This document shows, in pieces, positions 10,031 to 19,627 of a stretch of 64,000 nucleotides of DNA. Origin of the DNA: Candidatus Poseidoniaceae archaeon. Its GTDB lineage: Archaea > Thermoplasmatota > Poseidoniia > Poseidoniales > Poseidoniaceae. Location: positions 59,361-123,360 of the forward strand of contig JASLKG010000001.1 in the NCBI GenBank assembly GCA_030747695.1. The letters are read 5' to 3'. The notes beneath the pieces were generated by a model. The model was not told the DNA's origin. It made no database searches and was given only the letters and a program-made list of their open reading frames with translations. Numbering within the stretch: position 1 is the first letter of the stretch; the number at the start of each line of letters is the position of its first letter. The translations under genes were made by a program, and so were the position numbers.

Positions 10031-10636
10031 ATGTCGGAAATACCATTGGAGACTTTACTCGAAGCGACACTGTTTAGTGCGGGCAAATCATTATCTTTAG
10101 ACGAGTTATCAGAGTCATTGGGATATGAAGTAGAAGAAATTTCAGAATCAATCTCAACGTTACAATCTACTTTGAAGCGTAGAAGAGGAGGAGGATTACA
10201 AATTGTTGAGATTGGCGGGCGATGGGCAATGGAAGTTAAACCATTGATTGCAGATTTAATGCCAAAGGAAACAAAATCCGAATTACCACAAAAATTGTTG
10301 AAGGCTGCATCACTAATTGCATACCATCAGCCTATGCCACAATCACGTTTGGTCGAACTACTTGGCCAAAGAGCATATGATCACATCAGAGAACTTGCTC
10401 AAGCAGGGCTTATTCAAAGAAGGAGAGATGGAAACACGCGTCGTTTGACAACAACTCGTAGATTTTCGGAAGTATTTGGATGCCCCCATACAGATCGCAA
10501 AAAAGTCAAAGCATGGTTTAGAGAAATGGTTCTATCTAGCGGTATAATGGACGGTATGGATGGTAAATTAGCTTTGAGGGATGAAACTGAAGAAGGCGGT
10601 GTACAAACAACTCTAGATATTAAGCAAGAAGAGTAA
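10031..10636 (+). CDS. scpB: segregation and condensation protein B
   Basis: LEATLFSAGKSL, IAYHQP, tandem wHTH, TTRRFSEVFG (cf. TTxxFLxYFG). Confidence 0.93.
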   Translation: MSEIPLETLLEATLFSAGKSLSLDELSESLGYEVEEISESISTLQSTLKRRRGGGLQIVEIGGRWAMEVKPLIADLMPKETKSELPQKLLKAASLIAYHQPMPQSRLVELLGQRAYDHIRELAQAGLIQRRRDGNTRRLTTTRRFSEVFGCPHTDRKKVKAWFREMVLSSGIMDGMDGKLALRDETEEGGVQTTLDIKQEE

Positions 10637-11935
10637 TTATTTCCTTAAATTATTCAGAGCGTCTTTTACTAATTGTTGAGTTATTGGCCCATTTTGGGAT
10701 TGTACCATCTTTGCAACAGCCTCTATTTCCCCGCCAATAGCTCCTGCGCTAACAGCCATATTTCGTGTATGAAGCTTCATATGGCCCGATTGTATTCCAT
10801 TCGTGGCCAAAGCACGCATTGCTCCTAAATTTTGCGCTAATCCCGCTGCAGCCATTACTCCACTTAATTCAACAGCGCTCTCTACTCCTAATATTGCAAG
10901 ATTTGCTTTGGCTGCTGGGTGAACTTTGGATGCACCTCCTACTATACCTACTGCGATTGGAGTTTCTAATTTGCCAACTAAATTACCAGCACTATCTTTC
11001 TTCCATGTGGTCATAGACGTGTATCTGCCGTTAGAATGACTCGCCCATGCATGACAACCTGCTTCAATTGCCCTCCAATCCTGGCCACAAGCTAAAGCAA
11101 TGGAACTAATTGCATTCATTATACCTTTATTGTGTGTAGCGGCACGATATGGGTCGTTTGCAGCAAAATTGTATGCTTCAATAATCGAATCAATAATCAA
11201 TTCTCCATTTGTGCCATCATCATTATCAGATAATTCTCCAGGTGTAAATGTGGCTTCGACTCGTGCCAAACGGTGTGCTGCTAAGTTGGAAAGGATCCTA
11301 AGGTTAACTCGGCCACCCGTAATTTCCTCCACTTTCCCACTAACCAATTCAGACATTGTGTTTACTGCATTAGCTCCCATTGCATCACGTGTATCAACTA
11401 TAATGTGTAAGATAAGCATCTTACCAGTACTCGTCTCTATGATTCTAGTTTCAATGTCCTTGCACCCTCCTCCGAGTTTAATCATAGTCGAGGAAGGCAA
11501 AGAGTTGCAAATTGCGATCAATTCATCTTTATGTTCATGAAGTAAATTCGAGGCAGTATCCATATCATCCAAATCCAAGATTTGCAATTGGCCAATCATG
11601 ATAGGTTTGTCGCAATTAGTCCTAAATCCACCCTTAATTAAGCAACGCTTAGCCATATTTGAAGAAGCAGCAATAATACTTGACTCTTCAACACAGAATG
11701 GCACTAAGTAATGCTTTTCGTCAATCATAAAATTTGTAGCGACGCCTACTGGTAGCGACATAGTTCCAATGACATTTTCAATCATACGATTAGCTGAGGC
11801 TTCATCTAATTCTCCATGTGCTTTTAGCGCCTCGACGTGCTCTGGAGATAAATTGGCTAATTCGGCTACGATGTTCCGTCTTTCCTCCACAGAGAGTTTG
11901 AAGAACCCTTTGAGCCGACTATTTTCCACTGACAT
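10637..11935 (-). CDS. mvaA: hydroxymethylglutaryl-CoA reductase, class II (bacterial/degradative type)
   Basis: ENVIG, DAMGAN, ILSNL, RAATHNKGIMN, GLAQNLGAMRAL, GIQSGHMKLH. Confidence 0.93.
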   Translation of the reverse strand: MSVENSRLKGFFKLSVEERRNIVAELANLSPEHVEALKAHGELDEASANRMIENVIGTMSLPVGVATNFMIDEKHYLVPFCVEESSIIAASSNMAKRCLIKGGFRTNCDKPIMIGQLQILDLDDMDTASNLLHEHKDELIAICNSLPSSTMIKLGGGCKDIETRIIETSTGKMLILHIIVDTRDAMGANAVNTMSELVSGKVEEITGGRVNLRILSNLAAHRLARVEATFTPGELSDNDDGTNGELIIDSIIEAYNFAANDPYRAATHNKGIMNAISSIALACGQDWRAIEAGCHAWASHSNGRYTSMTTWKKDSAGNLVGKLETPIAVGIVGGASKVHPAAKANLAILGVESAVELSGVMAAAGLAQNLGAMRALATNGIQSGHMKLHTRNMAVSAGAIGGEIEAVAKMVQSQNGPITQQLVKDALNNLRK

Positions 11936-11993
11936 AATCCGGCTCCTCTATCTGTGAGGGGGATGGTTATGCCTCATGAATAAATCGACTGAT

Positions 11994-12085
11994 TAACGCT
12001 TTATTAACGCGTTAGGAATTAGTTAACTAAGCGTTATCTGCGAAAATAAATCCCTTATGGGCAATCTTTCAACGTGTACTAACGC
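11994..12085. repeat. cluster of TAACGC/GCGTTA hexamers and two perfect palindromes in a divergent intergenic region
   Basis: TAACGC at 11994, 12005 and 12080; GCGTTA at 12009 and 12031. Palindromes TAACGCGTTA (12005-12014) and TTAGTTAACTAA (12019-12030). Confidence 0.75.
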
Positions 12086-12145
12086 ACCAATTTTGTATGT
12101 CAATTCACTGAAACATCATATACTGTTGAGGTCCCATTGCCTATC

Positions 12146-13693
12146 ATGGGTTTAGATGATCCAATTCTAGGAATACCAGCAATTAGAGATAATCCGTTTC
12201 AAGCAAGGCCCTTAGAATCCGGCCAATCTGATTTGTTAGTTGGCAGAGGTGAGATCTCTGGGCGTTGGATTCGATTCTTAAATCAGAAGAATGCACGAAT
12301 GGTTTTACTTGTTGGGGAAAGCGGTTCTGGACGGACTTCATTGATGAGGTGCGTATCAGAAGAATCAGGCAAACACGTGCACCTTGATATGTTTCCGAGT
12401 ACAAATCATGTACGTTCTATACTTGAAGAAATACATGTTTCTCTAGTAGATTTTGATATACCTTCTTCAAATCAAGAGTTAGTTGGAAGGTTGGTTAATG
12501 CGACAAACAATGCAGATGGCCCATTGGCATTGATATCACTTGATTTTTCAAGTGCTGATGGCAAGTTACTATCTGAAGTAACCTCTAGCCTAATCTCTGC
12601 ATTAGAACGTCTTGAAGCTTTAGTAGTGATTACTTTAACAACAGATCAAAGGGTCCAGTGGCCAGAGACATTAATACAGAAATTCGATCATCTTGAAGTA
12701 TTGCATCCCCTAAGTGGTGAAGAAGTTAAAGAATTATGTGAATCAAGAATGGCAACAGTATCCAGAACGGGATGGGTAGTGCCAGAAGATGTAATTGATC
12801 ATCTTCTTGAAAAGACAAGTGGGATGCCAATGAGGGTCATGAGAACAATGAGAGATATGGTTGACTATGAAAGAAGTAACCCCCGGGATGTAAAATTTGA
12901 AAACGACTCATCCAACATAATAGAAGAATCTCATGAAGAAGAAATTGTAGATACAATGGAGTCACAATCCAATGATGAGGAAACTGATAACGATAATCAA
13001 TTCGATTTCGATTTAGAGGTTCTTGAAAAGGAACCCCCTGGTATCACTGTTTCAAGTAATGAAATAAGGGTTAGAGGTCCTTTTGGAGGATTGGCTTCAA
13101 GAAATAGAACTTATGCTAGGAAGAATCCAAAACCAAATTTCACAAGTCATAATCAAGCAGAAGTTAGTGGCCCTCAGAATGAATTGTGGATGGCAGAAGG
13201 TAGTGAACCTGCTATTGTTCAACAAATTAGCGAAACATATGATGAACCCGTGTTCGTTCCTGAAGAAGTGGAGATTGATGAAGATCCAATCAAAGAAATC
13301 AATACTAATGAAGTTGAAGACTTCTTAAATCAGTTAAAGAAAGTAGCCTCATTGCCTCAGGGTATGACTTTAGCAGACTTACTTTCTGCAATGAGGAGGC
13401 CAATTATTGGTAATAAGTCAAGTAATGCATTGGACGTACAAACATTGAGGAATTTGTCTAAATCAGAAGCAGTAATTGTAGAAGTTTCTTCAGAGAGAGA
13501 GTTGTCACCCTCAGATAATAGATTACAAGATCGTTTAGGAATCAAAAGACCAAGAATGTCACAAATATGTAACCGCCTTTACCGAGCAGGAATCCTTTCA
13601 GTACAACAAAAAGGAAGAATTCGATTTTTCAAACTGACAAATGATGCTAAGGCGCAACTTGTAGCATGGGGAATGATGGAGGTGACAGTATGA
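12146..13693 (+). CDS. P-loop AAA+-like protein (degenerate Walker motifs) with acidic linker and C-terminal MarR/ArsR-like winged helix
   Basis: N-terminal NPFxxxPL..LLVGR, Walker A GESGSGRTS, Walker B region LISLDF. C-terminal LGIKRPRMSQICNRLYRAGILSVQQKGRIRFFKLT is wHTH-like. Confidence 0.75.
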   Translation: MGLDDPILGIPAIRDNPFQARPLESGQSDLLVGRGEISGRWIRFLNQKNARMVLLVGESGSGRTSLMRCVSEESGKHVHLDMFPSTNHVRSILEEIHVSLVDFDIPSSNQELVGRLVNATNNADGPLALISLDFSSADGKLLSEVTSSLISALERLEALVVITLTTDQRVQWPETLIQKFDHLEVLHPLSGEEVKELCESRMATVSRTGWVVPEDVIDHLLEKTSGMPMRVMRTMRDMVDYERSNPRDVKFENDSSNIIEESHEEEIVDTMESQSNDEETDNDNQFDFDLEVLEKEPPGITVSSNEIRVRGPFGGLASRNRTYARKNPKPNFTSHNQAEVSGPQNELWMAEGSEPAIVQQISETYDEPVFVPEEVEIDEDPIKEINTNEVEDFLNQLKKVASLPQGMTLADLLSAMRRPIIGNKSSNALDVQTLRNLSKSEAVIVEVSSERELSPSDNRLQDRLGIKRPRMSQICNRLYRAGILSVQQKGRIRFFKLTNDAKAQLVAWGMMEVTV

Positions 13694-14724
13694 GCTGGTC
13701 AGTTTCACATTCATGGCAATCTCCATCGATAATATCAACCATCTGTTCTGTTGGTGAAGATTTGTTGGTTGCTTATGGTTTAGAAGTTGAACTCCTTGAC
13801 TCAGAAGGAAGAACACGATGGAGAAAGTCATTACCATTCAAAATACATGCTGCAACATATGACAGTGGGAAAATTGGTATTTTGTGTGGGCATGGATTCC
13901 ATATTTTGAATGCATCAGATGGAAAGCAATTAGGTGAAGGAAGATCCACAGATGGTGGTTTTAGTGACATAATGAAGAGACCAGGTGGAGGGTGGATACT
14001 TTCCTGCAGAGAGGGTTATTTGCATATTTTCAATGGAGAAGGTCGAGGACTAAAAAGACTTGACAGCGGAGGCGTTAGAAGATTGGTTGGATGGTTCGAT
14101 AGAGAACATTTACTATGGCAAGATCAGGATGGTAAATTACGATGTGCAAGATTGGCCAATAATGACTCTCAGCGTTTGTTGGAAGATAGAATATGGTCAT
14201 GGGTTAGCCGTATGTCCGGCGGTAGAATCCTATTACAGTCAGCAGATGGAATGCTTTGGGAAGGAACCCCTCACCCATATGGGTGGGATGGTATTGAAAC
14301 AGTAGACACGCGTTCATTGGAACCTCTTGCTGCACATAGGGCTGGAGATGGATGGTGGGTTCTTTCCATAGAAGGAGAATTACATAACATGTCTAATGTC
14401 AACGATCAAGATGGAGATGTGGCAAATTCTAACTTAGGTGATATGTTAATTGGCCTTGCTGCTGATAAGATTGTTACTGCGAAACGAGATGGATTGGTGA
14501 GATTTTGGCAATCGCCAGAATTGGCAAACTTAAGACGTGTTGAAATTCAAATGAAAGTAGCTGAAGTTCAGATGGCAAGTGATTGGGAAGAAAGAAGACG
14601 AATCTTCCAAAGGGCGTGTGTTGCTGAAGATGAAGGACGTATTTCATTAGCGATTGAGCTATATGAATCATTAGGCCGCAGTTCAGATGTTAATCGATTA
14701 TTAGCGAAACAGAGAGGTGATTGA
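13690..14724 (+). CDS. hypothetical beta-propeller-like protein with C-terminal helical (TPR-like) segment
   Basis: ATGA overlap with the upstream stop, preceded by GGAGGTG. Repeated Trp/Gly beta-rich units (DGLVRFW, EGYLHIF); ends AIELYESLGRSSDVNRL. Confidence 0.6.
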   Translation: MSWSVSHSWQSPSIISTICSVGEDLLVAYGLEVELLDSEGRTRWRKSLPFKIHAATYDSGKIGILCGHGFHILNASDGKQLGEGRSTDGGFSDIMKRPGGGWILSCREGYLHIFNGEGRGLKRLDSGGVRRLVGWFDREHLLWQDQDGKLRCARLANNDSQRLLEDRIWSWVSRMSGGRILLQSADGMLWEGTPHPYGWDGIETVDTRSLEPLAAHRAGDGWWVLSIEGELHNMSNVNDQDGDVANSNLGDMLIGLAADKIVTAKRDGLVRFWQSPELANLRRVEIQMKVAEVQMASDWEERRRIFQRACVAEDEGRISLAIELYESLGRSSDVNRLLAKQRGD

Positions 14725-15022
14725 AATTCAATTAAGCGACAAGATATCTGAAGAAAAACTCATTCATTATATCGGTCTGACGAAGAAAGCGAGAGAAAAA
14801 GCCACTCCTATACACGAAGAGGGCACGACTGAAGCATCACAATTAGCAGTCATGTTACGTATGGCTGATGATTATGCAAATGATGCGATTCATTTTATGA
14901 ATAATGGTGATTTTGTTCGATCTTTTGGAGCAATAAATTATGCTCATGCATGGATTGATGCAGGTGTCAAATTACGTTTGTTAGATGGACACGGTGATGA
15001 TGTTTTGTTCACACTTCCTTAG
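14717..15022 (+). CDS. DUF357 family protein
   Basis: MADDYANDAIHF..GDFVRSFGAINYAHAWIDAG matches the archaeal DUF357 pattern. Confidence 0.85.
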   Translation: MIEIQLSDKISEEKLIHYIGLTKKAREKATPIHEEGTTEASQLAVMLRMADDYANDAIHFMNNGDFVRSFGAINYAHAWIDAGVKLRLLDGHGDDVLFTLP

Positions 15023-15027
15023 ATTGA

Positions 15028-15390
15028 TTATCCAACAAATTTGAGGTGTGATCTACCACTAACTTCAATCCATTCTAATCCTTCAACAGAGAGACGTTTT
15101 TTTAATTCAGTATCAACAGTCAATATAGGCCAATTATTATTTTTTGAAATATCAATCAATTGATCATCCGTGTGGTTGCCAGAATGTTTTGAAACATCAA
15201 TCAATTCTGCTTTTTGAATTAGCATATCTAATAACAGTCCTTTTCGATCTAGTGCTTCAAGCTCTTGTATTACCTTGGAGGTTGTTGCTAATTGATTGTA
15301 ACCACAAATTTGTATCAGTGATTGATCGATATTTATTCCAGCATCAATCACTGCGACCCAACCACAAGCATCGATCAGTACTTTCTTCAT
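15028..15390 (-). CDS. PIN-domain protein (Fcf1/Utp24-like)
   Basis: VLIDA, VIQEL, HTDDQL and LTVDTELKKR acidic PIN motifs. Conserved archaeal position after eIF2-gamma. Confidence 0.8.
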   Translation of the reverse strand: MKKVLIDACGWVAVIDAGINIDQSLIQICGYNQLATTSKVIQELEALDRKGLLLDMLIQKAELIDVSKHSGNHTDDQLIDISKNNNWPILTVDTELKKRLSVEGLEWIEVSGRSHLKFVG

Positions 15391-15395
15391 ATCGA

Positions 15396-16634
15396 TCACT
15401 CGATAGTACCATGTCCAATCAATCTCCAACGAGAGCCCACTCTACGAGATAATGAGATTCTTTGTGTAGAATCAGCACATATTGGTAGTTTGAGATTAAG
15501 TGTGGCTTTTCCCTTTCCTGTGGCAGAAACAGTACCTACACTTGTTGCAGTTGCAACATTAACCATCAGCATTTCTCCAGGTCTTAGTGGCATTATTGGC
15601 ATTGGTTCTTCTCCTTCTCCAGCAACCATATTTTCCAATAGATGAATTGAGATATTTACTTTGTCACGAACTTCAGGAAGATCACCAACTCTTGCAACGA
15701 CCTGGCCTGATAGATTATCAGAAGTAGTTACTGATGGATCAAGTGGAGTTGCCATGCCGCAAAGTCCACCTGCATGCATATTTTCAAGCGATAATCCTCC
15801 TCCTTGCATCGAGACTACCTTGGAATTTATTGGTTCATAGCGAACTTTGTTACCTTTCTGGATTTTCCTTCCTGGCCCAATTATGATGTCATCACCAATA
15901 TTGAATTCGCCTTCAATGATACTTCCTCCAATCACTCCTCCACGTAATTTGCTTGGGCGAGTACCCGGTTTGTTGATGTCAAAAGATCTAGCTACATGCA
16001 TTATTGCTCTCTTATCATCGGATCTATCCGGAGTCGGGATGGTATCTTCAATTGCATGTATAAGAATGTCTAAGTTCACATCATGATGAGCAGAAACAGG
16101 AATTATTGGTGCTTTTTCAGCAATTGTATCGTTAATGAAATTCTTTATTTCATTGTAAGATTCCAATGCTCTTTCTCTACTAACCAAATCTATTTTATTT
16201 TGGACAATCACTATATTTTCTATTCCCGCAATTTCCAAAGCCATCAAATGTTCTCTTGTTTGAGGTTGAGGGCATGTTTCGTTGGCAGCTACCATTAACA
16301 TAGCTCCATCCATAATTGATGCACCAGTAATCATAATTGCCATCAATGTCTCGTGACCAGGAGCATCTACAAATGAAATTACACGTTGTAGTTCCTTATC
16401 CTTATCTTTACCCCCATCAGGACGACGACCTGTAGCATAATATTCGCCATCTGAAGTTTTGTAAAAAGCAGTATCGGCATATCCTAGTTTTATTGAGATT
16501 CCACGCTTTCTTTCTTCAGAGTGAGTATCAGTCCACACACCTGAAAGGGCTTGAGTTAGAGTTGTTTTACCATGGTCAACGTGACCTACTAATCCAATAT
16601 TGACTTCGGGTTGAGCGGGAAGCGTTCTAACCAT
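15396..16634 (-). CDS. eif2g: translation initiation factor 2 gamma subunit
   Basis: QPEVNIGLVGHVDHGKTT, RGISIKLGYAD, DAPGHE, PQPQTREH, NKID, WRLIGHG. Confidence 0.97.
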   Translation of the reverse strand: MVRTLPAQPEVNIGLVGHVDHGKTTLTQALSGVWTDTHSEERKRGISIKLGYADTAFYKTSDGEYYATGRRPDGGKDKDKELQRVISFVDAPGHETLMAIMITGASIMDGAMLMVAANETCPQPQTREHLMALEIAGIENIVIVQNKIDLVSRERALESYNEIKNFINDTIAEKAPIIPVSAHHDVNLDILIHAIEDTIPTPDRSDDKRAIMHVARSFDINKPGTRPSKLRGGVIGGSIIEGEFNIGDDIIIGPGRKIQKGNKVRYEPINSKVVSMQGGGLSLENMHAGGLCGMATPLDPSVTTSDNLSGQVVARVGDLPEVRDKVNISIHLLENMVAGEGEEPMPIMPLRPGEMLMVNVATATSVGTVSATGKGKATLNLKLPICADSTQRISLSRRVGSRWRLIGHGTIE

Positions 16635-16674
16635 GCTCCCCATTCCTCCCAAGTAAAAGATCAGCCTCGCGGCT

Positions 16675-17157
16675 TCACTCAGTGCTCTCCTCTGAATCAC
16701 TTGCAAGAATATCTGCAAGACTCTTGTTAGCAGCTTCAATTACTTTCAGATTAATCTGCCTAGTATCTTGAGAAATTGTATTACCTCTGAAGAATCTACG
16801 TTTACGCATCCCATCAGGTTTGTATCTGAAACGCCTCTTTTCTCCACCTTTTGTTTTGTGAACTAAATCATGTCCTTTGAAACCAGTAGAAGCAGTTACT
16901 AGAACAGATTGTCTTGAGCCACCTTGTAAATCAGACCTCATTGGAGTTCCAGTTTTGTCAGACCCTCCAGTAATCTCAAGTTTATATCCAGCGAGAGTTT
17001 TGTCTCCTTCCCCTACAAAGATTCCATCAATCATATCACCAATCTTCTTTCCTAGAAATTGTGACATGTTATTTCCACTGATTGAAGTATTGTATGAATG
17101 ACCGCCATTTTTTGAATCAGTGTCATTTACCACTGCGATGAATGTAGTGTCAGCCAT
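16675..17157 (-). CDS. rps6e: 30S ribosomal protein S6e
   Basis: FLGKKIGD, YKLEITGGSDKTGTPMR, GMRKRR..RGNTIS, QINLKV. Confidence 0.95.
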   Translation of the reverse strand: MADTTFIAVVNDTDSKNGGHSYNTSISGNNMSQFLGKKIGDMIDGIFVGEGDKTLAGYKLEITGGSDKTGTPMRSDLQGGSRQSVLVTASTGFKGHDLVHKTKGGEKRRFRYKPDGMRKRRFFRGNTISQDTRQINLKVIEAANKSLADILASDSEESTE

Positions 17158-17229
17158 AGTATCAACCCTTAGAGCAAGTTGGCGACATAGGTCGGGTATA
17201 TAGGCCCACCGACTACCAAAATTGGCAAA

Positions 17230-18414
17230 TTATCGTCGCAGTCTTGCAGGAATAAGGGTTTCAAGACGTCTTGAAACATCACTAGGTAACATATGCGGCA
17301 TAGAAATGTGCTGTGTTCTTCCCCTTCCATCATCCAACTGATCAGTTCTTGTTTCAATGATCTGATTTTGCATCATACGTTTGATATGTTTCCAAATAGT
17401 CGTATGCCCTTTTGGAGATTGATTATATTCTTCACATACCACTTGGTAGAGCTTTGAAGCCTCACCACTTGTGACAAATTCTTGTCGTTTCAATCTTCTA
17501 CAAATTCCCAATAGAAGTAACATACAATGTACTGGAAGACCTTCAATATCCAAAGAGTCGACATTTGAGGGCAATGTAACAACAGTACTCTGTACATCTT
17601 CTGGAAGAATTTGGCTTCTTCCTGAAACTTCAGCTCTTTTTGCTGCACCTTCTATCAATTCAATTACTTGTCTTGCGTCACCAGAAGGTGCCGCTGCCTG
17701 AGATGCCAATTTGATAATTTCTTCAGTAAAAGATCCTTTCACTAAACCAATATCAGATCGTTGCATTGCAATTTCAAAAAGACCCGCTTCATCATATTTT
17801 TTCATACGTAAATGATTAGTCCTACCCATCCTAGAAATAACTGCATTTTCTAAGAGATCTAGAACTTGCTCTTGTGAAATCATGATTAGGGAAAGAGTTC
17901 CTCTGCGGGCAGTATCTTCGTCTATACGTAGCAATCTATAGATTAGATCGTCACCAGATTTACGTAATAGGTGATCGACTTCATCTAGAACTACAATTAA
18001 ATGAGAATTATCACTTGACATCATTCTTCTGAGCGATGTTAGCAGTTCACTAACCCCCAACCCTCTATCAGGATGACCGGGGTCTAAATCTTGGATAATC
18101 TTTTGAATCGCTCGAGATGAAGTTGAAGCATTTCTGCAGTTAACATGTACGCTACGTATGTTTCTCTTGTCTGAAAGATGTTTTACAATGTCTATGCAAA
18201 ATCGCTTTACTAATGCAGTTTTTCCAGAACCAACAGGACCTGTTACAACTGCACGACTTGCTCCATCTTTATGGCCTAAGCCGATGAACATCCCTGCAAG
18301 TTGTTTTTGATCATCATTCCTTCCAACTAATTCGTCGGGTATATAGTCAAAACCAAATATTTCTGGCTGTGAAAGAACCAATCCCGCACCAATGCGGTCT
18401 AAGTAAGAACTCAT
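17230..18414 (-). CDS. cdc6: Orc1/Cdc6 replication initiation protein
   Basis: DYIPDELVGR, Walker A GPVGSGKT, HVNCR, Walker B IVVLDEVD, GDAR sensor, C-terminal WH with GRGRT. Confidence 0.93.
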   Translation of the reverse strand: MSSYLDRIGAGLVLSQPEIFGFDYIPDELVGRNDDQKQLAGMFIGLGHKDGASRAVVTGPVGSGKTALVKRFCIDIVKHLSDKRNIRSVHVNCRNASTSSRAIQKIIQDLDPGHPDRGLGVSELLTSLRRMMSSDNSHLIVVLDEVDHLLRKSGDDLIYRLLRIDEDTARRGTLSLIMISQEQVLDLLENAVISRMGRTNHLRMKKYDEAGLFEIAMQRSDIGLVKGSFTEEIIKLASQAAAPSGDARQVIELIEGAAKRAEVSGRSQILPEDVQSTVVTLPSNVDSLDIEGLPVHCMLLLLGICRRLKRQEFVTSGEASKLYQVVCEEYNQSPKGHTTIWKHIKRMMQNQIIETRTDQLDDGRGRTQHISMPHMLPSDVSRRLETLIPARLRR

Positions 18415-18506
18415 ATCCCTAATTGGTCCTAGTCCACGGTTATTGAAGATAGGGGCTGAAAAATCTTAGTTACTTTAATACAATAATACCCAAAAAAGAA
18501 TTTAGG

Positions 18507-19610
18507 TCATGGTATTTCATCGAATTGATAGCCCGTTTCCCATTTCTTCTCACCTAACGAAACTTCTAATTCAAATGGTGTTACAAGTGGCTTGCCATAT
18601 TTCACGGCATCATCTATTGCAATTCTTGGACATGCAGTATTAACAAAAGCGTCAACTGGATAGAAATCAATTAATTCAGGACCTACATGTTCAAGAGCAA
18701 GTAAATATCCCTTTTTCCCATGTTTTTTCAACAAACGTTTCAGTTTAAGGGCAAGGCTTCTGCGCATTTGGCCCGGTTTTTCTCCAATTAAGATTGCAAA
18801 TGTATCAGCATCTTGAATCGACATAATCAATCCAAAACGTTGACGCAATATCCGTTCAATTCTTTCAAAACTCATTTCTGAGGCTTCATCTGTATAAGGA
18901 TCTAGCATAGCCAATGGCTTCCCTGTATGTAATACTAAACCGATTGGATGGAAGTCGCCGCTTCCAAGGAACATATAATGCCCGATTTCATCATCATCGC
19001 CAGAATAGTTGCATCCTAAAACTTGACCCGGGAATGTCAATCTAGCTCCTCCTACGGGTACTTCAACTTCAAATCCAGCATCTTCCAAATATTTCTTGTA
19101 TTCAAAGATGAGATGTAAATGTTGTATTGATCCAACTAAACCGAGTTTTGTGCCCTTTAGAGGAGATATGCGCCCTACAGCATCTTGAAACCGCTCTTGT
19201 GCTTCTTCCGTACTAAGTGCAATTTCACCTTCATCTAATCTTTCTTTAGCAATAGAGCGATGTTGCTCAAGTATTGGTAACACAGCAGTAATCTCCGGCC
19301 GCCCATCATATGTAACATCAATAAATTGAGTTGGCATTCCTGAATCAATATTCATCTGAGAATGACCCATATGCGCTACTAATTCAACACCCATCATTTT
19401 CATTTTGTCATGTACTAAATCACAAGCACCATAACATGGGTCTGCTGCAAGCACAACTTTAGCACTAGTCCCATCTTCAATTTCATCCATCATTTCCAAA
19501 GCTTGCATCTTCAAGCCTTCAGGAACCTGTAAAGCAATTAGCCGATGGTCATGAGATTTGATTCTCTTAATCAATTCTTCCAGTTGAAAATCATGCCGAT
19601 TTAAATCCAT
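18507..19610 (-). CDS. dph2: diphthamide biosynthesis enzyme Dph2 (2-(3-amino-3-carboxypropyl)histidine synthase)
   Basis: LQVPEGLK and the three Fe-S cysteine motifs CYGACD, GQVLGC and TACPRI; KPGQ. Confidence 0.93.
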   Translation of the reverse strand: MDLNRHDFQLEELIKRIKSHDHRLIALQVPEGLKMQALEMMDEIEDGTSAKVVLAADPCYGACDLVHDKMKMMGVELVAHMGHSQMNIDSGMPTQFIDVTYDGRPEITAVLPILEQHRSIAKERLDEGEIALSTEEAQERFQDAVGRISPLKGTKLGLVGSIQHLHLIFEYKKYLEDAGFEVEVPVGGARLTFPGQVLGCNYSGDDDEIGHYMFLGSGDFHPIGLVLHTGKPLAMLDPYTDEASEMSFERIERILRQRFGLIMSIQDADTFAILIGEKPGQMRRSLALKLKRLLKKHGKKGYLLALEHVGPELIDFYPVDAFVNTACPRIAIDDAVKYGKPLVTPFELEVSLGEKKWETGYQFDEIP

Positions 19611-19627
19611 TTAATCCCAACACTGAA

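Noticed and set aside
4995-10636. SMC operon as a Wadjet/MksBEF defence system
   Set aside because: Canonical hinge-containing SMC with ScpA/ScpB and no JetD/Toprim nuclease; this is housekeeping condensin.
15028-15390. PIN protein as a VapC toxin of a TA pair with DUF357
   Set aside because: The genes are convergent, and the PIN gene sits in the conserved rps6e-eif2g-PIN operon typical of the Fcf1-like rRNA-processing nuclease.
16635-16739. N-terminal extensions from the ORF track (eIF2-gamma; likewise smc 4959, pmbA 57660, gcvH-like 20092, 46698)
   Set aside because: They come from upstream near-cognate starts, some overlapping neighbouring genes. Homology begins at the downstream ATGs used here.
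18415-18506. Possible ORB/replication origin beside cdc6 (GTCCACGGTTATTGAAGATAGGGG)
   Set aside because: Only a single loose resemblance to the TCCA...GAAA...GGGG ORB consensus in a 92-bp gap, with no repeated boxes. More simply the cdc6 promoter.
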